Source of the DNA: Candidatus Heimdallarchaeota archaeon
Lineage (GTDB): Archaea > Asgardarchaeota > Heimdallarchaeia > Heimdallarchaeales > Heimdallarchaeaceae
DNA: 64,000 bases
Reading direction: 5' to 3'
Assembly (NCBI GenBank): GCA_019057815.1
Contig: JAHLWR010000001.1
Span: forward strand, 224,001-288,000
The position numbers were made by a program, and so were the translations under genes. Shown here piece by piece: positions 8,590-18,432 of this stretch. The stretch's first letter is position 1; each line of letters opens with the position of its first letter. The notes beneath the pieces were generated by a model. It was not told where the DNA came from and did not search any database. It saw only the letters and a list, made by a program, of their open reading frames with translations.

Positions 8590-10026
8590 ATGTCAGTATT
8601 TTCTAAAAACAAAGAAGAGAATTTTATGGCTTGGTATCTAGATATTGTTCGTCGCGCACAAATCGTTGACACAAGAACAGAAGTTAAAGGTGCGAATGTT
8701 CTTATGGCGAATGGTTATGAGATATGGGATAGGATGAAAAACATCCTTGATGGGAAATTCCGCAAAACAGGACACAAAAACATGTACTTTCCTCTATTAA
8801 TTCCTGAAAAATTCTTAACACTTGAAAGTACGCACTTTGAGGGATTTGTTCCCGAAGTTGGTTGGGTAACAAAAGTTGGCGAAAGAGATTTAGAGGAAAT
8901 CTATGCTTTACGACCAACATCAGAAACAATCATGTATCATATGTACGCCCAATGGATTAGGGCATATACTGATATGCCTCTGAAAGTAAACCAATGGTGT
9001 AATATCATACGCATAGATACAAAAGATACTAAACCTTTACTCCGAGATAGAGAATTTCAATGGACAGAGGCGCATACATGTCATTCATCTGCAGAAGAAG
9101 CAGAAGAGCAAGTTAAGCAATCAATGTGGATATATGGTTCATTCTTCGATGAGTGTTGCTTGCCTTATATAATTGTCAAACGTCCTAAACATGACACTTT
9201 TCCTGGTGCTCTATATAGTGTTGCATATGATTGTCCTCTCCCAGATGGCAAAAGTTTGCAAATTGGTACTACTCACAATCTTGATCAAGGATTTAGTAAA
9301 ATCTTTGAAATTCGTTTCCAAAAAGCTGATGGTAGTCATGATTACGCATATCAAACCTGTTATGGTTTATCTACTAGAGTTATTGCAGCTGTAATAGGTG
9401 TACATGGTGATAGTAGAGGATTGATTATCCCTCCTTTTCTCGCACCAATACAAGTTGTAATTGTTCCTATTTTGTTCAAAGGAAAGGAAGAAAAAGTTGT
9501 AAACGAATGTAAAGAAGTTTTAGGAACTGTAGAAAAAGCAGGATATAGAGTTCTATACGATGATAAAGATAAAACCAGCGGTTGGAAATTCAACGAATAT
9601 GAGCTACTGGGTGTTCCCCTTCGCATTGAAATAGGTCCTAAAGATGTAGAAAAAGAATCAGTGGTCGTCGTTCGCAGAGATACAAAAGAGAAAATATCCG
9701 TAAAAAAAGACAACATAGTAAGAACAATTAATGAATTACTAGAAAAAATAACTGATGAACTAAAGACTAGAGCTAAGAAATTTTTGGAAAGTTCGATTAC
9801 AGATGTATTAACATATGAAGAACTTGAAGCGCAATTAACTCTAGATAAAGCAGGTTATATTCGAACTAACTGGTGTACAGATGTTTCTTGTTCTGACCAT
9901 ATAAAGGAAAAATTCAAGGCAAATATTCTAGGAACAAAATATGGTGAAGAGGAAAAGAGCTTTGGTAATTGTGCTATATGTGGAAATGAAGCTAAAGAAG
10001 TTGTATATATTTCTAAAACCTATTAA
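8590..10026 (+). CDS. proS: Proline--tRNA ligase, archaeal/eukaryotic type
   Basis: LRPTSET, NQWCNIIR, LLRDREFQW, QIGTTHNL motifs, anticodon domain and C-terminal Zn site ending in KTY. Confidence 0.97.
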   Translation: MSVFSKNKEENFMAWYLDIVRRAQIVDTRTEVKGANVLMANGYEIWDRMKNILDGKFRKTGHKNMYFPLLIPEKFLTLESTHFEGFVPEVGWVTKVGERDLEEIYALRPTSETIMYHMYAQWIRAYTDMPLKVNQWCNIIRIDTKDTKPLLRDREFQWTEAHTCHSSAEEAEEQVKQSMWIYGSFFDECCLPYIIVKRPKHDTFPGALYSVAYDCPLPDGKSLQIGTTHNLDQGFSKIFEIRFQKADGSHDYAYQTCYGLSTRVIAAVIGVHGDSRGLIIPPFLAPIQVVIVPILFKGKEEKVVNECKEVLGTVEKAGYRVLYDDKDKTSGWKFNEYELLGVPLRIEIGPKDVEKESVVVVRRDTKEKISVKKDNIVRTINELLEKITDELKTRAKKFLESSITDVLTYEELEAQLTLDKAGYIRTNWCTDVSCSDHIKEKFKANILGTKYGEEEKSFGNCAICGNEAKEVVYISKTY

Positions 10027-10153
10027 CTTCTTTTTTCAAAAACCTAAAAAAACAAAAACGCCCTTCTTTCTTTTTTAAAAAATCCATTAGTCAAGTTTAT
10101 GCACAAACAAAGGATTTTAATAGAAAAACAATGGATATTATGAAGAAGGAAAA

Positions 10154-10540
10154 ATGTCGATTGATTTAAAACCAGAACAGAAACATCAACTAGTTCGAAT
10201 ACTCAAACAAATTTCTCTTGGTTGCGATTTAGAAGCTTTAGCTGTTGTTAATACGGAAGGATTAAAAATAGCATTTTTTTCCGAAAAAGGTAAGGTTGAC
10301 CCAGATTTAATGTCAGCATTAGCTTCAGCTATGAATAGCACAGGAAAGATGGTAGCTGAACAACTAAAACACGGAGGAATTGAACTAGTGCTAGTTAGAG
10401 GAGAAAAAGGTTTTACCATCCTATCAAATGCAGATAAATATATTCTTATTGGAGCCTCCGTTGATTTAACAAATACTGGTCTAGCATTACAAGTTATGAG
10501 GCGGTATGTACCAGAGGTTATAGAGATTCTTTCAGAATAA
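10154..10540 (+). CDS. Roadblock/LC7 domain protein
   Basis: ALAVVNTEGL...LMSALASAM...VLVRGEKGFTIL...LGLAL roadblock pattern; 128 aa. Confidence 0.88.
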   Translation: MSIDLKPEQKHQLVRILKQISLGCDLEALAVVNTEGLKIAFFSEKGKVDPDLMSALASAMNSTGKMVAEQLKHGGIELVLVRGEKGFTILSNADKYILIGASVDLTNTGLALQVMRRYVPEVIEILSE

Positions 10541-10597
10541 CTCTATATTCCCTATTATTTTTGTTTTGACCTTAAATGAACAAAGAAAGTTTATTTT

Positions 10598-11596
10598 TTA
10601 CATTTGTAAACTATAAAAGAGTAAGCTTTCGCGAATTTCTTTTTCTGAAAATCCAGCGTTAATTCCAACAATAATACGTATTACATCCATCGTTTCAGCA
10701 AGTTTCAACTCAAAAAAAGCTATAACCACATCAATTTTTAATGTTATTCCATAACGGAATATCTTTTTCCATTTTTTAAGCTGATATCTTTCAACTGTAA
10801 ATTCTAAGTCGTGTAAAGGAACATTATCCCTACCTATATAAGGTGAAAAAATAGTTTTGTATATACCATAATTGTATTTTTCTAAAACTTCTGAAATAGT
10901 ATTACAACTAAGAGCCTTAGCAATGAATTTGTTTGGTAAGATATACCTGTATGCTGGAATACCCAAAGCAATGCAACGACTAAGAGCGAGTATGTTCTTC
11001 AGATTTACATAAGTAGAGTAAGATTTAGAGAGATTTGTTAGAGTATCATAAATATACTGATCAATAGCTGATTCGATCGGAGTAAATCGTCCTGTTGACT
11101 CATATTCCTTGTATCCATCTTTAAGAAGATTTTTAAGATTTGTCTCATTTTGTTCATCTATAATTTCACCGATGGTGAGAGGAAGTAGTTTTTCGTAGTA
11201 ATCTAAGGAATATTCAGCAACTGGAATAATCCTAGAGATTATTTCTTTATAAGACATTCCCATAAACTTTCCGTGTAAAATATAACGAAGGTTCTCAGCA
11301 TTATATCTTTCAAAGAATATACCTATTTTTTTCTTTGCAGATAACGAAGTTTGTCTGTAAAATAACATTATAAGATCTGAAAAAGTTTTCTTAAAGCGAC
11401 GATCTACTTCGGGCATTTGCGTTTCTAAGTTTAAATCTTTAATAACTTCATCATACATTGTTTGTGTGAAAGCTGCTCGAAGTTCTTTTAGGTTAGAAGA
11501 CGCTAATAGCAAACTCAATTGAGATTTTGTTAACACATTACCTATAATTCCGTGAGCCCTGCCTATTAAATAACTGATATCGCCTAAAGAAAACAT
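10598..11596 (-). CDS. atpC: A/V-type ATP synthase subunit C (AC39/d family)
   Basis: YLIGRAHG N-terminus, YNAENLRYILHGK, IESAIDQY; co-transcribed with subunit I. Confidence 0.85.
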   Translation of the reverse strand: MFSLGDISYLIGRAHGIIGNVLTKSQLSLLLASSNLKELRAAFTQTMYDEVIKDLNLETQMPEVDRRFKKTFSDLIMLFYRQTSLSAKKKIGIFFERYNAENLRYILHGKFMGMSYKEIISRIIPVAEYSLDYYEKLLPLTIGEIIDEQNETNLKNLLKDGYKEYESTGRFTPIESAIDQYIYDTLTNLSKSYSTYVNLKNILALSRCIALGIPAYRYILPNKFIAKALSCNTISEVLEKYNYGIYKTIFSPYIGRDNVPLHDLEFTVERYQLKKWKKIFRYGITLKIDVVIAFFELKLAETMDVIRIIVGINAGFSEKEIRESLLFYSLQM

Positions 11597-11598
11597 TT

Positions 11599-14500
11599 CT
11601 ACAACCCTTTAGATGAAACGAAGTGAATAAAGTTCGTTTTTTCAGTGATAGGTTTATATTTTAAACCATCTCCAACGTAGAATTTGCTGAAGAATTCAAC
11701 CCATGTAAGTCTCAGAGCATTTAAGAAACTTAAGAGACCTTCAAGTGGTACAATAATCATCGACATCAATAAAACTGTTACCCACCATAAAACACTTAGT
11801 GGCTCTAATCCATCTATTAATCGTAAGGGTAGACCACTTAGAATTGCATGAACGAGTAATAAAGCCATTAATCGACTGAATGAAAGCGTGTTTGAAATTA
11901 ATGCGATTATGTGGTCTATACCATCGAGAATTCCATCTGTTTTTGCATGAAAATATTCAGATATGAACATAACAGGTAGCATGACAGCCATTATTATAAT
12001 AATAATGGTCATTACATTTGGGGGAATTTTGTGAACCCAAATACCTAGAGAATGAACTTCTAAACCTTCACCTACCATCATATTGTATAGTACACTGAAT
12101 ATACCAACATAGACTAAGGATAGGGAAGCGGGAGCAATTTTAGACGCGATACCATGACCAAATTTCATATTTTGAACAAATTTTAACAAAATTCCCAACT
12201 GAATTATTACAAAACCGACAACAATTGCGAATGTCAATAATAATTGAGTTTCGTGCATAGGGCTGATGAGAGGTATCCAATCCATCCCAATACCGTGGAA
12301 GAATTTTGGTATCAGCTCTTCATCACCAAAAAACGAACCAAAAAGCACACCCATGAAAGCTGAAGTTAAACCACAAATAATGAGCAATTCTGCTCCAGAA
12401 TAGAGATAGCCTAACATGGATTCATCAGGTTCGATTTTGTTTTTCTTTTTCTTATATAAGAGGAAACCACCGATTAAAGCTAGCATTAAACCATGACCCA
12501 AATCTGCGAACATCAATCCAAAGAGCAATGGAAAAGTATACTTGACTATTGAATAAGGGTCAACCTCGTTCAGATTTGGTTCTCCTATTCCTCCAACTAA
12601 ATCACGAATAACTCCCATAAACTTTCCTTGTTTTGTTATGGAAGGACTTATAAGAGGAACTTTTTCAGTGAAGGTAATCTTCATTTCAAATTTTGCCTCT
12701 TCATTAGCTTTTAAAATCTGGTCAATTTTATCTGCTGGAATCCATCCCCAGAGCGTAATTTCATCTTCCATAGTTTGGCAAGTTTCTTCTGTTCGGATTC
12801 TCTCAAGTTCTACCTCTATAATTTCGTTTACTGTAGCTAGTCTCTCGGATATAGAAGAGCATATTTCTTCAAGAGATTCATTAAGTTTTTCTTTTTCTGT
12901 GTTCAATTTTGCGATAGTTTCCTCAAGAGATTCATCAAGTTTCATTATTTCTGTATCAAATTCAATTTCCTGGAAAGAATACTCGCCCAACACCCTCAAA
13001 ACTGCAGGTTCATATTCCTTTAAAGATAAAACAAGAAGACGTTTCTCATTTCCTTTGGAATACTTTTGTTCTGAGAACCGAAACAAAATATTTCCATCAG
13101 TTACTTCCTTCAGGAAAAATTTTACTGCTTTGAACTGGCTTTTTGGTACTGTTCCTATTTTTGTTATTGTTTGAAAACCTTCTTCAAAAAGATCAATTTC
13201 TAAATCTTCTTTGTGAAATTGCGTTTCAAAAGTAAGAGAAAGATTCATTTGGTCTATTTTTTTCTGAATTTGGTTTCGTTCACTTGTAATAGATAAAATC
13301 TTTTCCTCGTTTTCCTGAAGGAAATTTTCAATGAAAGCTTTTGAGTGAATATATTGATCTACTAGTTTATATTTATTGGAAATTAGTGCTTCAGGAGTCT
13401 CAAATTGAGTTACATCTATAATTTTCTTTATCCTTGCTAGATATTGAGTAAGTTCCATCCTTTTCGAGTTGAGTTTTTCAATTCTCTCTTGATTTTGAGA
13501 ACCTATTTTAATTGGATGAACAGTATTTAATGATAAAAGAAGAGAAATGAACTGTCTTGAATATTCCTCAGAAGCTTCAAATTTCACAAATGAAGATTTT
13601 TTGGGGAACAATAATCCACCTTTTGCATGTAATCCTCTGTGAGATAAGGGAGTAATGCGTTTCACTCCAAGCTCAAGTTTTTTAGGAGTAATAATAGTTA
13701 ATTCGTCTCTTTCTTCACTTTTACTTTTTTTGTAATCAAAAGGAACCTCTGAGAGTTCATTCACATTAACTTCAAATGATAATAGTTTTAACTCCTCAAT
13801 AAAATCATTAAGCTGTTTCTTTCTTATCCATCCCCAGAGTGTAAGAGTTTTTTCGGAAGTTCTACCTTTTTCCTCCATTATTAAAAGATCATGAGCTACA
13901 TAAATAAGAGAAATTTTGTATAAGATTTTATCTTTTGATTTAGAGGTAATATTATCTAGTTCATTTTTTGCTTGCTCAAGATCTGTACCAACCCTACTAT
14001 AGAGCTTGTTGATACTCGCTGTTTTTGTAATTTTATCAATAGAATCAAAATCAGATAGATCTAATTTGGTAGTATCAAAATGATTCTCTTGAAGAACATC
14101 TTCTATCTGAGATTTGTAATCATTAAGAGAGACGCAAATAATAGCACGTCTTTCTGGATTATTTGTAGTTGTGCTCCAGAAAAAGAAATTATCTGCAGAT
14201 ATTTCTTTTATGTAGAAACGGATTAACTCTTCGTAAGAAGTGGGTATTTCACCAAGAAGTGTAAAAGTTCTAGAACCCGAAGATAACATATCAAGAGATA
14301 ACTCATTTTCTTCAACTTCTCCTTTAAATTTTGCTAATGCAGAAAGAATTCGTTCGTCCTTTAATAATTCTTGATATTTATCATATAATGAATTTATTTG
14401 ACTCTCCTTATTTTCTACAAGCGCTTTAATCTCAGAATCTAATTTGTTCAGATTGAAAAGAGTACTGTAATCTTCCTTTTCTAAAGTTGGAAGAGATGAA

Positions 14501-14745
14501 AAATCAAACCCCATTTTAAAACTCATTAGTCCTAATCGGTTATAACTCTCTTCGAGAGAGTCTTTTAATTGTTGTATCCTAGCCTGTTGTTTGGGAGATT
14601 GGGGGTCAACAATTTGTTGATTGAAAGATTCATTTCCATGAAGTTCTATTAATAGAGGAAGCGTATCATCTACTTTAGTCTGTACTTTAACAAGTATTTG
14701 AGGAGATGTAATAAGATTTTTAATCTTGTTCAAGCCTAGAACCAT
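11599..14745 (-). CDS. atpI: A/V-type ATP synthase subunit I (a) with duplicated N-terminal soluble domain
   Basis: EVDP...FPLLFGLMFADLGHG, SNTLSFSRLMAL (essential Arg), LRLTWVEFFSKFY; 1048 aa with two copies of the LWGWI-containing domain. Confidence 0.93.
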   Translation of the reverse strand: MVLGLNKIKNLITSPQILVKVQTKVDDTLPLLIELHGNESFNQQIVDPQSPKQQARIQQLKDSLEESYNRLGLMSFKMGFDFSSLPTLEKEDYSTLFNLNKLDSEIKALVENKESQINSLYDKYQELLKDERILSALAKFKGEVEENELSLDMLSSGSRTFTLLGEIPTSYEELIRFYIKEISADNFFFWSTTTNNPERRAIICVSLNDYKSQIEDVLQENHFDTTKLDLSDFDSIDKITKTASINKLYSRVGTDLEQAKNELDNITSKSKDKILYKISLIYVAHDLLIMEEKGRTSEKTLTLWGWIRKKQLNDFIEELKLLSFEVNVNELSEVPFDYKKSKSEERDELTIITPKKLELGVKRITPLSHRGLHAKGGLLFPKKSSFVKFEASEEYSRQFISLLLSLNTVHPIKIGSQNQERIEKLNSKRMELTQYLARIKKIIDVTQFETPEALISNKYKLVDQYIHSKAFIENFLQENEEKILSITSERNQIQKKIDQMNLSLTFETQFHKEDLEIDLFEEGFQTITKIGTVPKSQFKAVKFFLKEVTDGNILFRFSEQKYSKGNEKRLLVLSLKEYEPAVLRVLGEYSFQEIEFDTEIMKLDESLEETIAKLNTEKEKLNESLEEICSSISERLATVNEIIEVELERIRTEETCQTMEDEITLWGWIPADKIDQILKANEEAKFEMKITFTEKVPLISPSITKQGKFMGVIRDLVGGIGEPNLNEVDPYSIVKYTFPLLFGLMFADLGHGLMLALIGGFLLYKKKKNKIEPDESMLGYLYSGAELLIICGLTSAFMGVLFGSFFGDEELIPKFFHGIGMDWIPLISPMHETQLLLTFAIVVGFVIIQLGILLKFVQNMKFGHGIASKIAPASLSLVYVGIFSVLYNMMVGEGLEVHSLGIWVHKIPPNVMTIIIIIMAVMLPVMFISEYFHAKTDGILDGIDHIIALISNTLSFSRLMALLLVHAILSGLPLRLIDGLEPLSVLWWVTVLLMSMIIVPLEGLLSFLNALRLTWVEFFSKFYVGDGLKYKPITEKTNFIHFVSSKGL

Positions 14746-15292
14746 ATATGTTTCACCAGAGTGAAAATTATGTTAGATTACGAGAATTTAAGATTATTTT
14801 AAAGTCTTCCTCTCCGACAGAGATTAGGGTATAAAGTATCATAATAATGTTATTTCTCCAAGCATTTTTTCTTATTTTCTCAGGCATTTTTCCAATTGCA
14901 TTAACGTAAAGAAACTCTAGACATACTAGATTTATTTTTCAAAACATACTGATAGTGTCCTCTTTATACAAAATGCTAGTTTTCTTTAACAATAGGAAAA
15001 GATTCGACTAAATTGTTGAATCGTTTTAGAAGAGCAAAAAGAGTCGATGCCTTTTAATAGAATCTTGAAGGAATGAATAACATAATAACGATACCTAAAA
15101 CTAGGTCTAGAAATAACACAAAGTATAAAAACATCGAAGAGAGAGTGAATAAGCGCTCAAGTGAGCATAAGACTATAGGGAGATAGTAACAAAGACTATC
15201 AAAAACATTAAATACTAAATTAATAGTAACTGATTCATATAATCCTTATAGCTAAAGTTAAGCTCAAAATATAGCATAAAAGGTGAAATATA

Positions 15293-16429
15293 TTGGAAGA
15301 AGTAATAAGTAACAAACCACTCGTAATCGACAATGGTACTGGTTTCACTAAAAACGGTTTTGCTGGTGAAGACCAACCAAGAAGCGTTTTTCCAACTATT
15401 ATTGGTTATCCTAAATATCAGATAATCATGACAGATGTTGAACACTATGTCCGAGAGTACTACATTGGCGAAGAAGCTATCAATCTGCGTGGTGTGCTCA
15501 AACTTGTTTATCCTGTTGAGCATGGTCAAGTTCAAGATTGGGATGCTATGGAAAGAATTTGGCACTACACGTTTTATAATGATTTGCGTGTTAATCCTAA
15601 TGAACATCCTATTCTATTAACTGAACCTCCGCTGAACAAGAATCAGAACAAGGAGAAAATGGCTGAACTGATGTTTGATACATTTAATGTTCCTGCTATG
15701 TACATCTCCATGCAAGCTATTCTATCTCTCTATGCTTCTGGCCGTACAACTGGTATTGTCGTCGACTCTGGTGATGGTGTTACACACATCGTGCCAGTCT
15801 ATGAAGGTTTTGCTATCCATCACGCTATCCACAGATCAGATATCGGTGGTCGTGATGTTACTGACTACCTACGCAGACTCCTCAGACAACGAGGTTATTC
15901 ACTTTCCAGCAGTGCTGAACGTGAAATTGTCCGTGATATCAAAGAACGTCTTTGCTATGTTGCTCTTGACCCTGAAAAAGAATTAAGATTAGCTGAAAAA
16001 GTTTCAGGAATGGAGAAGACATACACTCTCCCTGATGGTGAGACACTTACCATTGGTGCAGAGAGATTCATGGCCCCTGAATTGTTCTACAACCCTGGCG
16101 CTATTGGATCAGAAGAAAATCCTCTAGACGATTTGATTTACCGATCAATTCAAAGCTGTGATATCGATCTCCGAAGAGATTTATATGCAAATATAGTTCT
16201 ATCTGGTGGTTCAACAATGTTCCCAGGTCTTAAAGAACGTCTACATAAAGAAATAACTGAACTCGTTCCTGAGACTATAGAAATAAAGATCATTGCCCCA
16301 CCCGAGAGAAGATATTCAGTCTGGATAGGTGGAAGTATTCTTAGCAGCCTTAAGACATTCACAAAGTTGTGGGTAACCAAGAAAGAGTACCAAGAAAGTG
16401 GACCAACTGCAGTTTATCGTTGCATTTAA
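15293..16429 (+). CDS. Asgard actin (eukaryote-like actin)
   Basis: [75 protein letters not shown] start after GGTGA; codon choice rich in C-ending codons, suggesting high expression. Confidence 0.97.
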   Translation: MEEVISNKPLVIDNGTGFTKNGFAGEDQPRSVFPTIIGYPKYQIIMTDVEHYVREYYIGEEAINLRGVLKLVYPVEHGQVQDWDAMERIWHYTFYNDLRVNPNEHPILLTEPPLNKNQNKEKMAELMFDTFNVPAMYISMQAILSLYASGRTTGIVVDSGDGVTHIVPVYEGFAIHHAIHRSDIGGRDVTDYLRRLLRQRGYSLSSSAEREIVRDIKERLCYVALDPEKELRLAEKVSGMEKTYTLPDGETLTIGAERFMAPELFYNPGAIGSEENPLDDLIYRSIQSCDIDLRRDLYANIVLSGGSTMFPGLKERLHKEITELVPETIEIKIIAPPERRYSVWIGGSILSSLKTFTKLWVTKKEYQESGPTAVYRCI

Positions 16430-16437
16430 GGTGCATA

Positions 16438-16505
16438 ATTTCTTTCTTTTTTCTTTTATTTTTTATTAATCTAAATGTTAAATTGTTTTTTTGTACATTG
16501 TTTTT
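16438..16505 (+). terminator. U-rich archaeal terminator region after actin
   Basis: Multiple T-tracts immediately after the stop codon. Confidence 0.6.
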
Positions 16506-16718
16506 CGAAAAACAGAATATACAAAGCCTTATGGGAGAATTTTTGCCTTTAAAGGTGTTTTCACTACTTTCTTTGTAATTATTAAAAAGGTTTTACGCAT
16601 TCTTCCATCCTGATTTGGTTTTATTAGAAATTACAAGTAATTAGTAAAGTGTAAAACACCAAAAGACTTATTTTATTTCTCCATTTGCATGTTTTAATAA
16701 TAAAAATGAGGTTTTCTA

Positions 16719-17063
16719 ATGTCCACACCACAACAACTTACTCCTGAACAGCAACAAGATGTTCAACGTTTTAATCAGTTAGTTCAACAACTAGAGATTC
16801 TAAAGATGCAGATTCAGCAACTAGAAGTTGAAAAACGCGACGTTGATATTGCTCTAAAAGAAACTGAAACTATGGCTTCCGATGCTGTTATTTATCGTTC
16901 AGTTGGCAGGCTTTTATTCAAAGACAGCCTAGAAAATGTAAAGAAAAACTTGGTTTCTCAACAGGAAAAGGGAGAAGTAAGGATTTCATCATTACGCAAT
17001 CGTGAACAAAAAATCACAAAATCTGTAAATGAACTCAAAGAGAAACTTATGACGAAGAGCTAG
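16719..17063 (+). CDS. pfdB: Prefoldin beta subunit
   Basis: Coiled coil - IYRSVGRLLFK hairpin - coiled coil; 114 aa. Confidence 0.93.
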   Translation: MSTPQQLTPEQQQDVQRFNQLVQQLEILKMQIQQLEVEKRDVDIALKETETMASDAVIYRSVGRLLFKDSLENVKKNLVSQQEKGEVRISSLRNREQKITKSVNELKEKLMTKS

Positions 17064-17115
17064 TTTTAAGAAGAAATTATATCTTTTTTTCTCATAGCTT
17101 TAGAGTTGATGTTTA

Positions 17116-17430
17116 ATGACGTCTGATATAATAGATATTGGGATAGGTCAATTAGATGATGAACGGTTAGAAGAACTTGCTATCAAAATAGAGACACAAC
17201 TCCATAAATATCTTAGAAAGCATCCTCAATGGGATCTATTATCAGATTTCTCAATTCTTATTAAACTCTCACAAGACGAAGATAATGTTCTCACACTTGA
17301 TTTGGAGTATAACACGACAGGAGCACTTACATCCTCTCAACATGAACAAATACATGAAAATCTTGCAATTCAAGCTGAAGAAATTTTGAAAGAGGCGCTT
17401 ATTTGTCTGAAGAATTCCAAAAAATCATAA
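17116..17430 (+). CDS. Conserved archaeal small protein (DUF3194-like)
   Basis: IGIGQLDDERLEELA N-terminus; located between pfdB and a DHH gene, as in other archaea. Confidence 0.6.
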   Translation: MTSDIIDIGIGQLDDERLEELAIKIETQLHKYLRKHPQWDLLSDFSILIKLSQDEDNVLTLDLEYNTTGALTSSQHEQIHENLAIQAEEILKEALICLKNSKKS

Positions 17431-18422
17431 ATTATGTACAAGAACATAAGTGTCAACACATAGGTATTTTTGCTCACCAAAATGCCGACCCCGATGCAAT
17501 AGCTAGCGCCATCGGGTTAAAATATTTGATTCTATCTTACTTTCCCTTGATTCATGTAACTCTTTATGCTTCTTCCCTTAGTTTGCTCTCCCAGAAAATC
17601 CTATCAAATTATGATGAGAAATTTGAAGATAATATTGTACAGAATAATCTAGATGCTATTTTTCTGTGTGATACAAATAATTTGATCCAATTGGGTGATA
17701 TATCAATAGACGAATATATTTCCAACAATGTTCCTGTTTTTATTATTGATCATCATTCTTATCATGAATTCACAAAACAAGCTATTGTATCAATTGTCAA
17801 ACCTATTACTTCAACAGCTGAAATTATTGCACAAATATATAAGGAAACAGCAATTCAATTACCTGAAAACGTTGGAACAATTTTACTTTCAGGAGTGCTT
17901 TTTGATACTAGGAGATTTATCCATACCTCACCTGCAACGTTTGAATTAACACAGTTTTTGATAGCGAATGGAGGAAACTATGACACAGCACTCTCTATCT
18001 TACAAAAACCATTTACAAAGTCTGAACGTATAGCTCATCTTAAAGGAGCAAAGCGAATGATTATTCATTATGAGGATAGGGGAATTGTTGTTGTTTCACA
18101 TGTTGGCTCTTACGAATCCTCTGTTGCTAGATCCCTTGTAAATTTAGGTTCAGATTTTGCTGTAGTTTTTGCTTTAACCTCCTCGGACGAATTGCGAATT
18201 AGTTTTCGTTGCTCTAATAATTATGCTTCTAAAACCGCTATAAATCTTGGAGAACTTGCTAATAAGATTGCCACAAAATTTGGTGGCACGGGAGGAGGAC
18301 ACAAAACTGCAGCAGGAGCGAATATTAAAGATATTAAAGAATTTCCCAAGAATAAAGATAAAATCGCTAAATTCTTGCTAAACATATTACTTGAAGAATT
18401 AGAGTTGCTGAAAGAAACTTAG
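17403..18422 (+). CDS. DHH-family phosphoesterase (NrnA-like)
   Basis: HQNADPDA, IIDHH and GGTGGGHKTAAG motifs. Confidence 0.92.
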   Translation: MSEEFQKIINYVQEHKCQHIGIFAHQNADPDAIASAIGLKYLILSYFPLIHVTLYASSLSLLSQKILSNYDEKFEDNIVQNNLDAIFLCDTNNLIQLGDISIDEYISNNVPVFIIDHHSYHEFTKQAIVSIVKPITSTAEIIAQIYKETAIQLPENVGTILLSGVLFDTRRFIHTSPATFELTQFLIANGGNYDTALSILQKPFTKSERIAHLKGAKRMIIHYEDRGIVVVSHVGSYESSVARSLVNLGSDFAVVFALTSSDELRISFRCSNNYASKTAINLGELANKIATKFGGTGGGHKTAAGANIKDIKEFPKNKDKIAKFLLNILLEELELLKET

Positions 18423-18432
18423 AGGTTTTTAA

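Noticed and set aside
12638-13174. 178-aa + strand ORF and similar Ser/Ile/Phe-rich antisense ORFs throughout the track
   Set aside because: In-register shadows of real genes on the opposite strand; no motifs.
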